Positions 37,932 through 47,179 of a stretch of DNA of 64,000 nt are shown here, piece after piece. A program made the translations under genes and the position numbers. This stretch comes from a virus. How positions within the stretch are numbered: position 1 is the stretch's first letter; every line of letters starts with the position of its first letter. The DNA lies in IMG/VR virus record IMGVR_UViG_3300045135_002262, positions 1 through 64,000 of that record; one strand, written 5' to 3'. Below the pieces are notes generated by a model. It saw only the letters and a program-made list of their open reading frames with translations, made no database searches and was not told the DNA's origin.

Positions 37932-38608
37932 ATGATTTCAAATATATTTCCATTACTGCTCAATCTACCAAACTTCCCATCAGTAACCACGGAACCATTT
38001 GAAAAAATAGTATCGAGATTTGGGATAGTTCTAGTTCCAGCATTTATAATATCTTTACAATTGTGGATATGTCCAAACATCATAAACTTAGGATTTATTT
38101 CTATAACTTTATTCATTAGTGATTTACATCCACAAAACTCCATATTACCATTTCTATCATAAGATAGATCTAGCATTCCTTTTGGAGGACCGTGTACAAT
38201 GATTATATCACTATCATTTGGAATTGCTGATTGCCAAAGTCTATCTAATTTATGTCTAGCTTTATTAAATGCCCAATCACCAAATGTTGGTGTGATTGGT
38301 GAGCCAAATATTTTTAACCCCTCAATAACAGTATAATCATTTTCAAGGTAAACGATTCCATTACTTTCAAAATCATCTTTAGTAACTAAACCCTTCTCAA
38401 TACTTGTATCGTGATTCCCAGCAACAAAAATCTTGTACTTAATATCTAACCCCGAATACCAATCAATAAACCTTCTAACTTCAGGTTCATTATTGTAAGG
38501 GTTTCTAGGATTAGAACAATCACCACTAAAAATAACCATATCTACCCCACTTGGTACTTTTAGTAACTCGTGGAACGTATGTGTATCACTTATATGCCAA
38601 ATTTTCAT
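37928..38608 (-). CDS. Calcineurin-like metallophosphoesterase
   Basis: SDTH, SGD, AGNHD, HGPP, FGHIH. Confidence 0.92.
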   Translation of the reverse strand: MKIWHISDTHTFHELLKVPSGVDMVIFSGDCSNPRNPYNNEPEVRRFIDWYSGLDIKYKIFVAGNHDTSIEKGLVTKDDFESNGIVYLENDYTVIEGLKIFGSPITPTFGDWAFNKARHKLDRLWQSAIPNDSDIIIVHGPPKGMLDLSYDRNGNMEFCGCKSLMNKVIEINPKFMMFGHIHNCKDIINAGTRTIPNLDTIFSNGSVVTDGKFGRLSSNGNIFEII

Positions 38609-38657
38609 TTCTCGTTGGTGTTAAAGGTTATACCTTAAATGTTCGACTTTGTTTCAA

Positions 38658-38951
38658 TTACAGGTTCATCAATTGAGTCAATGAATCTGAGAAATCAACA
38701 CCTGCGATCTTCGCTTCACTGAAGATAACCTCGTGGTCAATATACTCGAATTTCTCTAAGTCATTAGACATTTTATCCAATTGAATTTGGATCGCCTCAA
38801 CCACTTTCTTGTGATCAGCGTATGAAACTAAATCAACATCAACACCATCGATATTGAATAGGGTTCCACCTTTCGGTTTCCAGTGTACACGACCTTCGTG
38901 AAATCCGTAGTTCTCGTAACGTTGTGCAGTTACATTAATCTTAACATTCAT
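38658..38951 (-). CDS. Hypothetical early protein
   Basis: QRYENYG..HWKPKGG; class I promoter at 38975-39006. Confidence 0.65.
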   Translation of the reverse strand: MNVKINVTAQRYENYGFHEGRVHWKPKGGTLFNIDGVDVDLVSYADHKKVVEAIQIQLDKMSNDLEKFEYIDHEVIFSEAKIAGVDFSDSLTQLMNL

Positions 38952-39008
38952 AAGCTTTAGCTTTAATTACAGTACTAATATACACAATTCCAGCGACATA
39001 AAAAAATA

Positions 39009-39755
39009 TTATGGCAACTTTTTTGGAATTATTTTACCATCTTCAATAATCGCATAACCACCGTGCGGCCCGGCGTCAATCAAATAGTATCTACCACCCA
39101 TTGCTTTTTCAGTGGCCTCAAAGCTCTTAAATATATCTTCAACTTGAGTATGTCCTACGACTTGAATAAAACGCTTCTTCAAACCACCATCAGCTTTATT
39201 TGCCCGCATCAAAGATCTTGGACGAATCCATAGCGGCCCTTGCTCAACTGAATCACCTGAAGGATCCCAGCCCAAATGGCTAAAGTTAAATAGGTTTGGT
39301 CGAGATTTATATAAGTCATTTAATTGATCGATCATCGTATCTTTAGACCAGGATTCTTTAAGGCTTCTATAAAAAGTATCATCCATCCAAACTGGGCTAA
39401 TTCCAGCGTGTGAGAATACATATTCACCTTGGCGATATGCAATCTGCAAGTGGTGCATATTCTTTTTCAAAGCATCGTTAAAATCCCAACGCATTGCTGG
39501 TTGATAACCACTGTAAGTCTCATCGGTAATAATATAATGATGATCGTGATTTCCAATTAGCAATACTACGTGCTTATCAGACTCTTCTTTAAATCTTATA
39601 ATCTCATTGAAGTTATGCAACTGCTCAACGCCTGAAATATCAAACGAGTCGAAGTAGTCACCGATAAAGATGATGTGCTCAGCTTCTGGGTGTGCTTCGA
39701 CCATTTGTTTCCAGTTGGTGCGACCGTGTATGTCTCCAATTATTAGTGTTGTCAT
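39009..39755 (-). CDS. Calcineurin-like metallophosphoesterase (PPP-like)
   Basis: GDIHG, GDYFD, GNHD, SHAG, GPLWIR, VGHT. Confidence 0.92.
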   Translation of the reverse strand: MTTLIIGDIHGRTNWKQMVEAHPEAEHIIFIGDYFDSFDISGVEQLHNFNEIIRFKEESDKHVVLLIGNHDHHYIITDETYSGYQPAMRWDFNDALKKNMHHLQIAYRQGEYVFSHAGISPVWMDDTFYRSLKESWSKDTMIDQLNDLYKSRPNLFNFSHLGWDPSGDSVEQGPLWIRPRSLMRANKADGGLKKRFIQVVGHTQVEDIFKSFEATEKAMGGRYYLIDAGPHGGYAIIEDGKIIPKKLP

Positions 39756-39982
39756 TCTGCTGCGTATAAGTCTAAGTTATTCTCATTCATGAACTTCCAA
39801 AACTCATCTCTAACATATTGTAGCATCTTAACTTCATCCTCTTTAAGATCCTCATTGTACTTGAGATGTTTACGAAGTAATTGGTCCATCTCCCAACACA
39901 CATGCTTCCAATCACTGCCTTGAAGTGCAAGGTCGAAATCAACTTTATCTTCGGGAAGATTAAATTCTAAGATTGCTTTCAT
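39752..39982 (-). CDS. Hypothetical protein, paralog of 37372-37599
   Basis: MKAILEFNLPED..WEMDQLLR. Confidence 0.7.
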   Translation of the reverse strand: MKAILEFNLPEDKVDFDLALQGSDWKHVCWEMDQLLRKHLKYNEDLKEDEVKMLQYVRDEFWKFMNENNLDLYAAE

Positions 39983-40138
39983 TTCTCTTTTGTTTTAAAG
40001 GTTTCTGCTTTGTAGTTCTTGATGCATTCTTCTTCCATCAACTCTACCATTTTGGAATGAGAGATTTCTTCTCTTGCAAGTTGCCATTCCAACTTTCTTA
40101 CAAATCCTTGCTTTAAGTATTTACCCATAATTATTATA

Positions 40139-40354
40139 CTATTGTTTATTCAAATAGTTTCGTAACAAGTGTCCGCTATTAATCGCCAAAATACCAATAT
40201 TAGTGATAATCACTGGATTACTGTCCAACATGAATCCATAAAGAACCCATGTTGCACAGCCAATAGTGTTAATAATTCTCAGTCTTGTAACGTTCTTCAT
40301 CATAAATGAGAGCATTACCAAAAAAGTTGCAATATATCCTACAATTTCTACCAT
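40139..40354 (-). CDS. Small three-TM membrane protein (YgjV-like)
   Basis: GYIAT..LSF....LRIINTIG....YG..SNPVIITN. Confidence 0.7.
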   Translation of the reverse strand: MVEIVGYIATFLVMLSFMMKNVTRLRIINTIGCATWVLYGFMLDSNPVIITNIGILAINSGHLLRNYLNKQ

Positions 40355-40357
40355 ATC

Positions 40358-40816
40358 TTAAAAATCTCCAGGTGCAACTTGCATACATGTAATGCCATTG
40401 TCACGCCACATTTGTACTACTTTATCTCGATCATCAAAACTACAAACAATGTCTGTACCATCTGCGATTAAATCGTCCAACCACATTTTTTTCAAAACAT
40501 CGTCTTTTGTCCATTTCATATTCCCAGTTGCTGGGCGCATTTTCAAAACATCAAACGGAACATTGAACTGATCCAACCAAGCTTCAGTTGCATCTTGGGT
40601 TGCAGCGCTTCGACCGCTAAAAATAACGATCTGATGTCCTGCGTTCTTAAGAACCCTAGCCATGTGAATTACTGGCATATTAGGTTTGTCCAATTTGATA
40701 TTATCCGGATCGAAGAATGTATCCCAATCCATTTTACCGTTTTTCAAGAGGCTCTTAGCTCGACGATCATCGATCAAAGCCAAAGTGCCATCTAAATCAA
40801 AAATTACAGTGCTCAT
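40358..40816 (-). CDS. HAD phosphatase like the polynucleotide kinase 3'-phosphatase domain
   Basis: FDLDGTLA, FSGR, LKMRP, FDDRDKVV.MWR, QVAPGDF. Confidence 0.88.
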   Translation of the reverse strand: MSTVIFDLDGTLALIDDRRAKSLLKNGKMDWDTFFDPDNIKLDKPNMPVIHMARVLKNAGHQIVIFSGRSAATQDATEAWLDQFNVPFDVLKMRPATGNMKWTKDDVLKKMWLDDLIADGTDIVCSFDDRDKVVQMWRDNGITCMQVAPGDF

Positions 40817-40817
40817 A

Positions 40818-41123
40818 TTATTCTGCTATAAAAGTGTTTGTATCATCTAAAATTACAAGGCTTTCGTGCCCATCGTATTCTTTAATCATAAAGCGGCTTC
40901 CTTCAGGAACCCATTCAACTTTAAGACTAACAGTTCCGCCATCGTACCATTCACCATACTTTTCGTCAGCAATATACTTAAAGCGATCCATTTCGCCTTT
41001 CAATAGGGCATCGACCAAATCAAAGTCAACCGCCATATTGCGATCGTTCCAAGTGCTAAATCCTGCACCAAATCCTGGGCTAATAATAACACCTACTTTT
41101 CCGTTTTTCTTGAACATTTTCAT
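40818..41123 (-). CDS. Conserved phage hypothetical protein
   Basis: SPGFGAGFSTWN..EYDGHE. Confidence 0.7.
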   Translation of the reverse strand: MKMFKKNGKVGVIISPGFGAGFSTWNDRNMAVDFDLVDALLKGEMDRFKYIADEKYGEWYDGGTVSLKVEWVPEGSRFMIKEYDGHESLVILDDTNTFIAE

Positions 41124-41279
41124 ATCTTACTGAATTATTGTTTTTGCTTTTTGTATATCTTCTCTAACTATTGCATCTAACGCTTCATCAAATAGTTCGG
41201 GGTGTCTATCTCTAATGTAAAAGGCCACTCGTTCTCCCAAACTCCATACTTCTCTTATCTTATGTAAATCATTCATATC

Positions 41280-41507
41280 TTACAAGTTATCTCTTACTGC
41301 GTTTTGCATTAACATTTGGCTAGTTGGTGCAATACCAAAACTTACCCAATTTTCATCGTTATTGAACTGTGCTCGACAGTGATCCATAATGGAATCATCA
41401 AATTCCAAATGGTTTCCAGCAACGTCAGTTACTGGGTGCCAAATGCTTTCCCAACCTTCATTCATGAAAGTTACCCAAGCCATTTCTTTATTTAAATCTA
41501 ATACCAT
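41280..41507 (-). CDS. Hypothetical protein
   Basis: 75-aa ORF downstream of the class I promoter at 41705-41736. Confidence 0.55.
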   Translation of the reverse strand: MVLDLNKEMAWVTFMNEGWESIWHPVTDVAGNHLEFDDSIMDHCRAQFNNDENWVSFGIAPTSQMLMQNAVRDNL

Positions 41508-41753
41508 GATTTCTATTATTTAATTTTGTTCTAGCCAAAGTTCGCGCTCATCATGAGCAATGTTTGATTTCAATTCTAAGAATTCTGACTTAAGCAGACA
41601 GATTTCTTCGTTAAAGGCATTTAGAATGACTACACATTCATCGCCTGAAATTCCACATGTAAATTCTCTAACTAGTTTCATAAGTTTATCTCTTAATTAC
41701 AGTACTAATATACAAAATTCCGTTGAGATAAAAAAATGTTTAACTAATTATTT

Positions 41754-42149
41754 TCAAAAAAATTTAGCTGTAAGTTCTTCTTGGATAGATTTAGCCTCGT
41801 TTTCCCATGGTCTGTCATAGTATTGAACCTCGTTCAATTTCTCTAAATCCCATTTTTGGCCTTTCCAATAAAAGATTTGATTATCGTAATCGAATTCAAG
41901 ATCTCCACGTTCAGTTTGCCAGACATGCACCATTTCATGTGCAACAACTTCATTTAGCTTTTCAGCCGGGCAGTCTGGCGAGATCAGGATCCAATGACTA
42001 TTGTAGATCTTTGCCGTGCAACCATAAGTTTCAGCACTCATGCCTTCAACTTTCTTAACATTAATATCGGTTTTAATACCAAAATTGTCTGCTAGATTTT
42101 GCACGCTTTGCTTTAAATCCTTATTTCTAAAATTCTGTAGATTTACCAC
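41754..42149 (-). CDS. Zinc metallopeptidase (HEXXH), probable GTG start
   Basis: VAHEMVHVWQ, RPWENEA. Confidence 0.8.
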   Translation of the reverse strand: MVNLQNFRNKDLKQSVQNLADNFGIKTDINVKKVEGMSAETYGCTAKIYNSHWILISPDCPAEKLNEVVAHEMVHVWQTERGDLEFDYDNQIFYWKGQKWDLEKLNEVQYYDRPWENEAKSIQEELTAKFF

Positions 42150-42150
42150 A

Positions 42151-42687
42151 TTAAAGGATTTTAACAGGTTTCTTATACTTATGACCTTGTGCATCTTTAT
42201 TAATGTTCTTCTCAAATGGACAGGTGTGCCATTTACGATACATGCCATCTATTGCTTCATAGTCTGAAAGATCTTTTGGCATTTCACCGTTTTTAATAAA
42301 AAGATTTGAGGTTCTGTATAGATAACGATCTTCACAAACGCCGGTTTGTTGCCATTCATGTAGATCAAATAATTCTTCAGCGTAAGTTACATCAGGATAT
42401 ATGTTAGCATCGAAACCAACTGAAGTAATCCAATGTAATGCTTGTCTGATTTGTGCAGGTTTATATGGACCGACTAATGCCCAATCAATGTCCCAGGTTA
42501 ACCAACCTTCAAGAATGCCGCCGGTAATATAAAGTTCAAAGCCTTCAAAAAGTTCTGATCTTGATTTAACCCTATCAATTACAGATTGCACGATTGGGTT
42601 ATTGATGCTATCTACACCAAACCAATAGTCTGCTTTATATTCACCGAATTGTAGAGTGCCTCTGTAATTCTCTACTCTATATTGCAT
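42151..42687 (-). CDS. Pol-beta-type nucleotidyltransferase-like protein
   Basis: ELYITGG.....TWDID (hGG-x7-DxD) and a later YPD. Confidence 0.6.
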   Translation of the reverse strand: MQYRVENYRGTLQFGEYKADYWFGVDSINNPIVQSVIDRVKSRSELFEGFELYITGGILEGWLTWDIDWALVGPYKPAQIRQALHWITSVGFDANIYPDVTYAEELFDLHEWQQTGVCEDRYLYRTSNLFIKNGEMPKDLSDYEAIDGMYRKWHTCPFEKNINKDAQGHKYKKPVKIL

Positions 42688-43634
42688 TAGTCTTTAATTT
42701 CGAAACGCGTAGGATCTAACTCTAGCGTTTTGTTACACATAAACTCTTTTAGTTCTGCTAAATACTCAGATGTTTTAGCATCACACTCTCTATTATAGAA
42801 GTCTTTGAAGATTTGTTTATAAATTTCAATTGTAGAATCATAAGGAACGCCCGGCTGTGAATTAGATTCAATCACGTATAATTTACCAGACTTATCTTCC
42901 ATAATATCAAATGTTAAATAAGGTAAGTCTTTGAATTTACCACAAAACTTCTCTACTAAATCTTTAAATTTCTGTGGAATTTGATCTACATCATGTTTAA
43001 TGTATTTAAATTCCATTTGTTCATCGCCTTTACCATCCCCGGATTTAGCCTTGTCATTCATCGGCTCTCGTTCCATCCAGAAAAATGGCTGACCTTTAAA
43101 GTTAATAACTCTGTGTTCTGATTTCTTATCAATAAATTCAGAATACACGTCGAATTTAGAGTGATCTGCTGCTTCCCATTCTTTTTGATCTTTAAAAACC
43201 TGGATGCCTAAGCCTGAATGACCGTCAGCTGGTTTTGCGATTAGTGGTAAGCCAATCTTTTCAGCATCTTCTTTAGAGTGTGCAGTTTGTGGAATGTTTT
43301 CATCACCATCTACAATCTTATGGAATTCTGCTTTAGAACCTGATTGTTTAATGAATTTAGGGTGATTATAAACGTTTTCTGATTTAATTAAACCCTCGTC
43401 TAAAAGTTTATTACAAACTTCTGAGTTATAATTTAAGACCGGGTAATCTGGATTAATGTCGATATCTTTATAATTCTCTAAATTCAATTGAATAAAAAAT
43501 TTAGAGCCTGCGAAATCCTTGTAGCTCCACCATCTGTGGCCACTTTCAGGATTTATACATAAGTATGCTTTATAAAGATCTTGAGGCTCTTGTGCTTCAT
43601 TTAAGAATTCCTCAAACAACATAATTCTTTTCAT
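42687..43634 (-). CDS. ATP-grasp (RimK-like) ligase with MKRIMLFEEFLNE N-terminus
   Basis: PLIAKPADGHSGLGI, EFIDKKSEHR, FDIMED, VIESNSQPG. Confidence 0.85.
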   Translation of the reverse strand: MKRIMLFEEFLNEAQEPQDLYKAYLCINPESGHRWWSYKDFAGSKFFIQLNLENYKDIDINPDYPVLNYNSEVCNKLLDEGLIKSENVYNHPKFIKQSGSKAEFHKIVDGDENIPQTAHSKEDAEKIGLPLIAKPADGHSGLGIQVFKDQKEWEAADHSKFDVYSEFIDKKSEHRVINFKGQPFFWMEREPMNDKAKSGDGKGDEQMEFKYIKHDVDQIPQKFKDLVEKFCGKFKDLPYLTFDIMEDKSGKLYVIESNSQPGVPYDSTIEIYKQIFKDFYNRECDAKTSEYLAELKEFMCNKTLELDPTRFEIKD

Positions 43635-43645
43635 GTTGTATATAT

Positions 43646-44143
43646 CTACGGTAGAAGGTATTCAAGGACTGCAGCCCAGTTAGGAAACTTATCACTTCCA
43701 AAGTGAATATGTTCTCCTTCAAACTGAGCGGCTCCATTTGCGAAACGATCATCAATTAAAAAGTCGCCTCGATTTAAGTGTTTATTGTGTGATAGAATTA
43801 AGCGCTTATATGCATCTTGACCTAAGTGCTTTTCAACCCAAAGTCTTTTTTCCATCCATGCTTCAGGATTGCCCCAAGGAGCCGTAGATAGGATATAGCA
43901 ATCGTAATGTGCTGCTAATTCTTGAAATGCAAAGATAGCACCGGGTATTGGATCTAAATCATTAAAAATACCAGGTATTTGATCAAGATCTTCTCCATAT
44001 TGTGCAGCCAATTCTGGCGTGACGCGTTCTTCCAATGCTTTGTGGAAGTCGGCCAATACACCATCCATGTCAAAGTATAAGATTTGCTTATTACTCGTAC
44101 AAGCTTCCGGTTGAGTTTTTGGGCTTTCTAATGGACTTTCCAT
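43646..44143 (-). CDS. 5'(3')-deoxyribonucleotidase (HAD, NT5C)
   Basis: FDMDGVLADF, LSTAPW, EKRLWV, LIDD. Confidence 0.92.
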   Translation of the reverse strand: MESPLESPKTQPEACTSNKQILYFDMDGVLADFHKALEERVTPELAAQYGEDLDQIPGIFNDLDPIPGAIFAFQELAAHYDCYILSTAPWGNPEAWMEKRLWVEKHLGQDAYKRLILSHNKHLNRGDFLIDDRFANGAAQFEGEHIHFGSDKFPNWAAVLEYLLP

Positions 44144-44240
44144 CTTTAGATTTCATTTTTTTAATTTTGTTCTTCTTTCTGGGCTTAAACAATTCCCCTT
44201 CTTCAAAATCCTCTTCAAAGTCAAAGTTACGCAACTTCAT
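44091..44240 (-). CDS. Small charged protein
   Basis: MKLRNFDFEEDFEE..KIKKMK. Confidence 0.5.
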   Translation of the reverse strand: MKLRNFDFEEDFEEGELFKPRKKNKIKKMKSKDGKSIRKPKNSTGSLYE

Positions 44241-44439
44241 GTTTTCTAATTCCGTATTTAGATTTAAACGTTTCAATAAAAGACTGACCTACGCCGATTG
44301 CCTCAATAAAATATTCATTAGGAATTAAAGGCTTTCGAGCTTTACCATTTATAATTCTATCCGGTGTTTTTTCATTCTCAAAAACCGTAAGGTAAGCTCT
44401 TTTAGCCAACTTTGACTTTCTGTAAACTACGACAATCAT
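44227..44439 (-). CDS. Hypothetical protein
   Basis: ATGA overlap with the sigma gene. Confidence 0.6.
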   Translation of the reverse strand: MIVVVYRKSKLAKRAYLTVFENEKTPDRIINGKARKPLIPNEYFIEAIGVGQSFIETFKSKYGIRKHEVA

Positions 44440-45038
44440 GCAGCTCCAATTTGTTCTGCGATGAGGGCTTTACCTCTTCGGATTCTGTTCTTAACCGTTT
44501 GCAAAGATACATTGTGTTTCTCTGCAATTTCATCATATTTCATATTGTTAATCAATCGATCAACAACAATTTCTTTATACATACCTTTAAGGCCGTTCAT
44601 TGCCTCAAGTGCAAGACCATAAGTTTCCATTAGACTATCTTGTTCATCTAAGTAATCTTGTTCAGTCATTTCTTCAAAATGATTAAGTGCATCATCAAGA
44701 GTAACTGTTGTCATGCCTGTATTATTAACTTCAACGCCAAACTCTCCAAGTTGATCTAAAGAAGTCTTTTTATTTCTTTTGCTAATGTATCCTAAACTCT
44801 CGTTGAAAGCTATTCGATATAACCATGTTGTAATTTGATACTTTGGATCGTATTGATCGATCTTAGTCCACATTTTAGTTAAAGTATTAACTGCAATGTC
44901 TTCAGCGATTTCGCTGTCTTTTACAATCTTATAAACGTAAGATGTTAAGCCTGGTTTAATACGATTGTAAAGCGCTGTAAAAGCTTTGTCTGATTTTGTT
45001 TCGATGTAGTTTTCTGTGAGTTCACGATAATTTGCCAT
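44436..45038 (-). CDS. ECF-type (group 4) RNA polymerase sigma factor
   Basis: Sigma2: AFTALY..AEDI..KIDQYD...TWLYRIAFN; sigma4: MKYDEIAE....QTVKNRIRRG. Confidence 0.93.
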   Translation of the reverse strand: MANYRELTENYIETKSDKAFTALYNRIKPGLTSYVYKIVKDSEIAEDIAVNTLTKMWTKIDQYDPKYQITTWLYRIAFNESLGYISKRNKKTSLDQLGEFGVEVNNTGMTTVTLDDALNHFEEMTEQDYLDEQDSLMETYGLALEAMNGLKGMYKEIVVDRLINNMKYDEIAEKHNVSLQTVKNRIRRGKALIAEQIGAA

Positions 45039-45062
45039 AGACTTTGTTTTTATTTTCAGATG

Positions 45063-45093
45063 TAAATATACGAAAAAAAGCCCAGATAAAAAA
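45063..45093 (-). promoter_or_regulatory. Class I promoter of the ECF sigma gene
   Basis: TTTTTTTATCTG..TTTTCGTATATTTA. Confidence 0.7.
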
Positions 45094-45120
45094 ATATTTG
45101 AGCACTTTTTTTCGATTTTT

Positions 45121-45660
45121 TTAATCTTTTTTCATAAGATCTGGATCTTCAAACAGTTGCAGCATGTCTTTTACATTCACTGGTTTAAAATCCCACATGT
45201 CACAAGAGACATTAATCACTTTATCAACATGCGAGGTCTTATATTCTTTATCAGGGTGTCCTACGATTGAAATAGAATTTTTATCCTTATTAGGCCATGT
45301 TTTAAGAGGCCAATAGGATATCACCACATTTAAACTTTTTAAGATTTTAATTTGATCTGGTGTATACGCAACGCCAGACTCTTCACCTATTTTAGAGGCA
45401 AAGTCATAGATCGCATGATCCATTTCACCGCCCATTACAACAAGATTACCATTAATTCTTTTAATGGCATACTCTAACGATTCTGGATCCCATGCGAAAT
45501 TTCCGGCAACATATACCATATCACCATCAGAGACCACACTATTCCATTGCTCGATTAGGTGGTCATTCATCTCTTCCACGGTTGCAAAGCCTCGGGTTTC
45601 CAAGGTATTTGCAGATTGTCTACCAAATTGTTGGTTAGACGTTATAAACATTTTCATCAA
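45121..45660 (-). CDS. Calcineurin-like phosphoesterase fold, apparently catalytically degenerate
   Basis: EMNDHLIEQWNSVV..D.VY..G scaffold, but SNQQ, GN and GEMD replace DxH, GD and GNHD. Confidence 0.75.
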   Translation of the reverse strand: MMKMFITSNQQFGRQSANTLETRGFATVEEMNDHLIEQWNSVVSDGDMVYVAGNFAWDPESLEYAIKRINGNLVVMGGEMDHAIYDFASKIGEESGVAYTPDQIKILKSLNVVISYWPLKTWPNKDKNSISIVGHPDKEYKTSHVDKVINVSCDMWDFKPVNVKDMLQLFEDPDLMKKD

Positions 45661-46193
45661 ACGACGATAAATTTGATATTAAAATTATCCCAAATATTAT
45701 TTAAGAAGTGCTGTTCTGTAATAGCTGTAGCGCCATTTTTAATTCTGTTATCTTCGCTTGTATCGATAAATTGATATAATACGAAGTCATGTGTCGTAGA
45801 GTAAACAAGGGCCTGACCGAATCCTTCACGTAGTGCAGATCCTCTGCTGCCTTTCTTTACTTCGATTGCAATTTTAATACCTGCAACATCAACAGTCATA
45901 TCAGGGCGATTAGCAGTACCCATAAACTGAATGTTTTTTACAGTGGTATTTTTATTACCCTCCCATTTAATCATAGTTTTAGCCTTCTCTCTGGCTAGAG
46001 AGCGGCTAAAACCTTTCTTTTCCATAACGTATTCCGTTAATTGATTTAACAGATTAGGGTAAATAAATTGCTTGATCTTATCTTCAGATTGATTTTTATA
46101 ATCAATTGTTTCAAAGATTTCTCCGCTTGAAATGCCTTCTTGGATCATTTCAAGGATTGCAATTCTATTTTTACTCTTACTCGCTAATTTCAT
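45657..46193 (-). CDS. PD-(D/E)XK nuclease-like protein
   Basis: RPDM...IAIEVKK...GQALVY. Confidence 0.65.
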   Translation of the reverse strand: MKLASKSKNRIAILEMIQEGISSGEIFETIDYKNQSEDKIKQFIYPNLLNQLTEYVMEKKGFSRSLAREKAKTMIKWEGNKNTTVKNIQFMGTANRPDMTVDVAGIKIAIEVKKGSRGSALREGFGQALVYSTTHDFVLYQFIDTSEDNRIKNGATAITEQHFLNNIWDNFNIKFIVV

Positions 46194-46686
46194 CTGCTTC
46201 TACGGTTTCTTTTGATAGTGCTTCAATTTCAGCATCAAGTTCCGCTAAAGCTAAGTGATTTCCTTGGATTTCTTTATTAGATTCTTGAACTGCATTTAAT
46301 GCTTCTGTAATTTGAGCACCAACGTTAGTTAATAGTTTAGCAAACGTTTTAGCAGACTCAATACCAGTACCTTCGATAGAAGTTAGAACCTGATAAAGTG
46401 TATTGATATTAATTTGATTAAGACCAATTACAAACTCAGTAGCTTCAGTTTTTTGAAGTTCAGTTTTAGCTGCTTTAAGGTTATCATATAGATTGATAAC
46501 TAACGCTGCATTTTTAATGTTCCATGTATATGCTTTGTCAATCTGCTTAAGAACCGCAGATACATTAGCGATTGATTCAAAGTTTACATCGTAAACTCGA
46601 GCAGCCACTTCTTCTTGTAGTGTTGCAGTTTCTGCTTCTAGCTCAACGCGCTTTTGAATCAATTCGTCTTTAGTCAATGTTGCCAT
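46177..46686 (-). CDS. Alpha-helical coiled-coil protein
   Basis: 169 aa; late motif at 46693-46700. Confidence 0.65.
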   Translation of the reverse strand: MATLTKDELIQKRVELEAETATLQEEVAARVYDVNFESIANVSAVLKQIDKAYTWNIKNAALVINLYDNLKAAKTELQKTEATEFVIGLNQININTLYQVLTSIEGTGIESAKTFAKLLTNVGAQITEALNAVQESNKEIQGNHLALAELDAEIEALSKETVEADEISE

Positions 46687-46699
46687 ATTATTTATATAT

Positions 46700-47179
46700 T
46701 TAGAATTTATCGTTTGTTATTTTACAATCAAAATCAGAAAAGTTTCTAAATTGTTCAGCATCTGCTGAAATTCTTCTTTCAATTGAATCATTATTATCGT
46801 TTCTTTGCTCTAATCTTTGTCTCCTTATATCTTCTTCGATATCAATGTATATCACAAATAGTCGATTTCTATATTCAGCAGGTAATAGCTCAACTGCTTC
46901 AGCATTTAAAATAATTACATCTGAAGTTTCCCAGTCATGTTTAGTCATGCCATATTTCCAACCGTTAAATTCCTGCCATTCTACAAATTGATCATTGTCA
47001 ATAAACTCTTGGAATTGCTCTTCAGTTATAAAATAATAATCTCTACCGTTTTTCTCACCAGGTCTTGGTGCTCTGGTAGTACATGAAATACCAAATGTAA
47101 ATCCTCTATCCTGAAATCTTTGGCGCATGTGATCCTTTCCGGTCGCTGCAGCTCCAACAATTGCTATCTTACCTGCCAT
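46700..47179 (-). CDS. gmk: Guanylate kinase
   Basis: GAAATGK, SCTTRAPRPGE.NG.DYYF, YG. Confidence 0.9.
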   Translation of the reverse strand: MAGKIAIVGAAATGKDHMRQRFQDRGFTFGISCTTRAPRPGEKNGRDYYFITEEQFQEFIDNDQFVEWQEFNGWKYGMTKHDWETSDVIILNAEAVELLPAEYRNRLFVIYIDIEEDIRRQRLEQRNDNNDSIERRISADAEQFRNFSDFDCKITNDKF

